NCBI RefSeq assembly: GCF_028641065.1
Contig: NC_073377.1
Location: 98,766,001 to 98,830,000, forward strand
Direction: 5' to 3'
Source: Leucoraja erinacea
Taxonomy: Eukaryota
DNA: 64,000 nucleotides
Part shown: in pieces, positions 62,667-64,000 of the stretch
How the letters are laid out: each line of letters opens with the position of its first letter
Position numbering within the stretch: the stretch's first letter is position 1
Translations under genes and position numbers: made by a program
Notes under the pieces: model-generated
Databases searched by the model: none
The model's input: the letters and a program-made list of their open reading frames with translations, nothing else
What the model was told of the DNA's origin: nothing

Positions 62667-63437
62667 CTTGGTTCTTGGTTTCTTGGTCTTCCAAAATATT
62701 CCAAATGCAATTTAAACTGGAGGTGGTGAAGGGAGGGCTTAAGCCAGAAAGGGTTATTGGGAAGAAAGAGCTACTTTAAATTTAGTTGCATCTGGTTGGG
62801 TAACTATAGTTGGGTGGAGATTATTCCATGCTTTAATTGTGCGGGGGAAGAACTAATTGCTGTATACATCTGTCTTTGTAGCTGGGATCACAAATTGGAT
62901 TGAATGCCCTCGTCTGCTCCTAATTGGTTTGGGTTTGGTGTAGGTCTTGTAGTCTATGTCGAGCTGACCATTTAACATTTTGTAAAAACAGGTCAAACGG
63001 TGAGCTTCACGTCTGTCTTGGAGAGGGTTCCACCCCAGAAAATTCAGAAGTTTGGTGACACTCGCTTCTCTCTCATAGGTGTTAGTAACAAATCGAGCTG
63101 CCTGTCTTTGGACACGTTCGATGGAAGAAATGTTTTTGTTTGTGTATGGGTCCCATGCTGCAACTGCGTAGTCCAAATGAGGTCTAACGAGGGTGTAGTA
63201 TAGCTTCTCGTTGACAGAAGTCAAACAATGATGAAAGTTGCGCCTCAGAAAGTTTAGGACGCCTGTTGCTTTCACCGTTGCATGAGGAGTCTGACCATTC
63301 CAACGCAGATCATTCTGTAATTTGATGCCAAGATACTTGGTTTGTTTGGATTCTTCAAGGGTGGCACCAAGTATATTGTAAGATGTTTCGCCTGGATTCC
63401 TCTTTCTGGTGACACGCATAGTTTCACATTTCACAGT
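62667..63437 (-). mobile_element. CR1-clade LINE 3' end of a divergent (invertebrate-like) subfamily
   Basis: KYLG, TLVRPHLDYAVAAWDPY, ERVQRQAARFV, LGWNPLQDRR...FYKMLNG, *FFPRTIKAWN; (CCAAGAA)n tail. Confidence 0.85.
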
Positions 63438-63439
63438 CT

Positions 63440-63708
63440 GACATGTAGCCGCCAAGGAACGCAGGGGCGATACATACTAAGGGACTGTGGTACACTGTGA
63501 AATCGACAGAAGGATTGAGGGTTGGGTGTTTATGCATGCTATTTTCATGATATTTATTTTAGTTGTTTATCTTTTAATATTTTATCTTGTATGTATCGTT
63601 AGCTTTTAGAAATGTTTGAATGGTGCACTGACTGGCTGACATTTTTAAATTTCGTTGTACATGGTTCATGTTACAATGACAATAAAGAAACTATTCTATT
63701 CTATTCTA
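63440..63708 (+). mobile_element. LINE (Rex1/L2-like) 3' UTR
   Basis: Ends ACAATGACAATAAAGAAA followed by (CTATT)n. Confidence 0.65.
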
Positions 63709-63824
63709 CATGCACTGTCAACTGTGGGACCATACGTAGACAGGTGTGGGACCTTATAGACACATTTGCATTCCCCCTACCAACAATAATTAACAATTAA
63801 ATAATTATGTTTGTGACTTTGCAG

Positions 63825-64000
63825 CGACAGCAAAATGTCCTGAAGTACGTGACTGAAGAATGGGCTCAGATAGAGTATGAACTATTGCGAGAGAGGGGCT
63901 TATGGGGGCCTCCAATTGGATCATATCTTGATAAATGGATGTTGGAAATGCCAGAAGGTCCCTGCCGAATGAGAAAGAAGATGGTGCGAAATGACATGTT
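63825..64000 (+). CDS. WDFY3: WDFY3 exon T (truncated by window end)
   Basis: ttgcag|CGA; RQQNVLKYVTEEWAQIEYELLRERGLWGPPIGSYLDKWMLEMPEGPCRMRKKMVRNDM. Confidence 0.94.

Larger units (their letters stand above)
3884..64000 (+). other. WDFY3: WDFY3/Alfy gene body, internal portion (20 coding exons; gene continues beyond both window edges)
   Basis: Spliced exons give one open frame of ~1020 aa, from MAISSHENATPVKL to WMLEMPEGPCRMRKKMVRNDM, co-linear with recalled vertebrate WDFY3 (region upstream of the PH-BEACH domains). All intron phases are compatible. Confidence 0.96.

Overview
Eukaryotic (vertebrate) genomic DNA, most likely a cartilaginous fish (skate/ray-like, inferred from its HE1/V-SINE, CR1, Penelope and Helitron repeats). 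The window lies inside one + strand gene, WDFY3 (Alfy). I traced 20 consecutive coding exons (3884-64000, 3062 nt, ~1020 aa). All have GT-AG boundaries and consistent phases with no stops; the last exon runs off the window. The introns are packed with nested mobile elements: CR1 and Rex1/Babar LINE pieces, tRNA-derived V-SINEs, Penelope-like elements (PLEs), a solo LTR, Tc1/pogo and Harbinger-type MITEs, and non-autonomous Helitrons. Most ORFs in the supplied track are TE fragments or spurious. The most interesting signals are: (1) short PLE-derived fold-back insertions with 13-15 bp target duplications whose hinge sits in a minimal hammerhead ribozyme motif; (2) a full-size hammerhead whose three blocks occur in non-cyclically permuted order at ~50.2 kb; (3) a 511-bp palindromic MITE whose arms carry a SINE head; (4) a potential recursive-splicing exon and a NAGNAG acceptor in WDFY3; (5) a well-preserved invertebrate-type CR1. 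Family names come from recalled motifs, not database searches.
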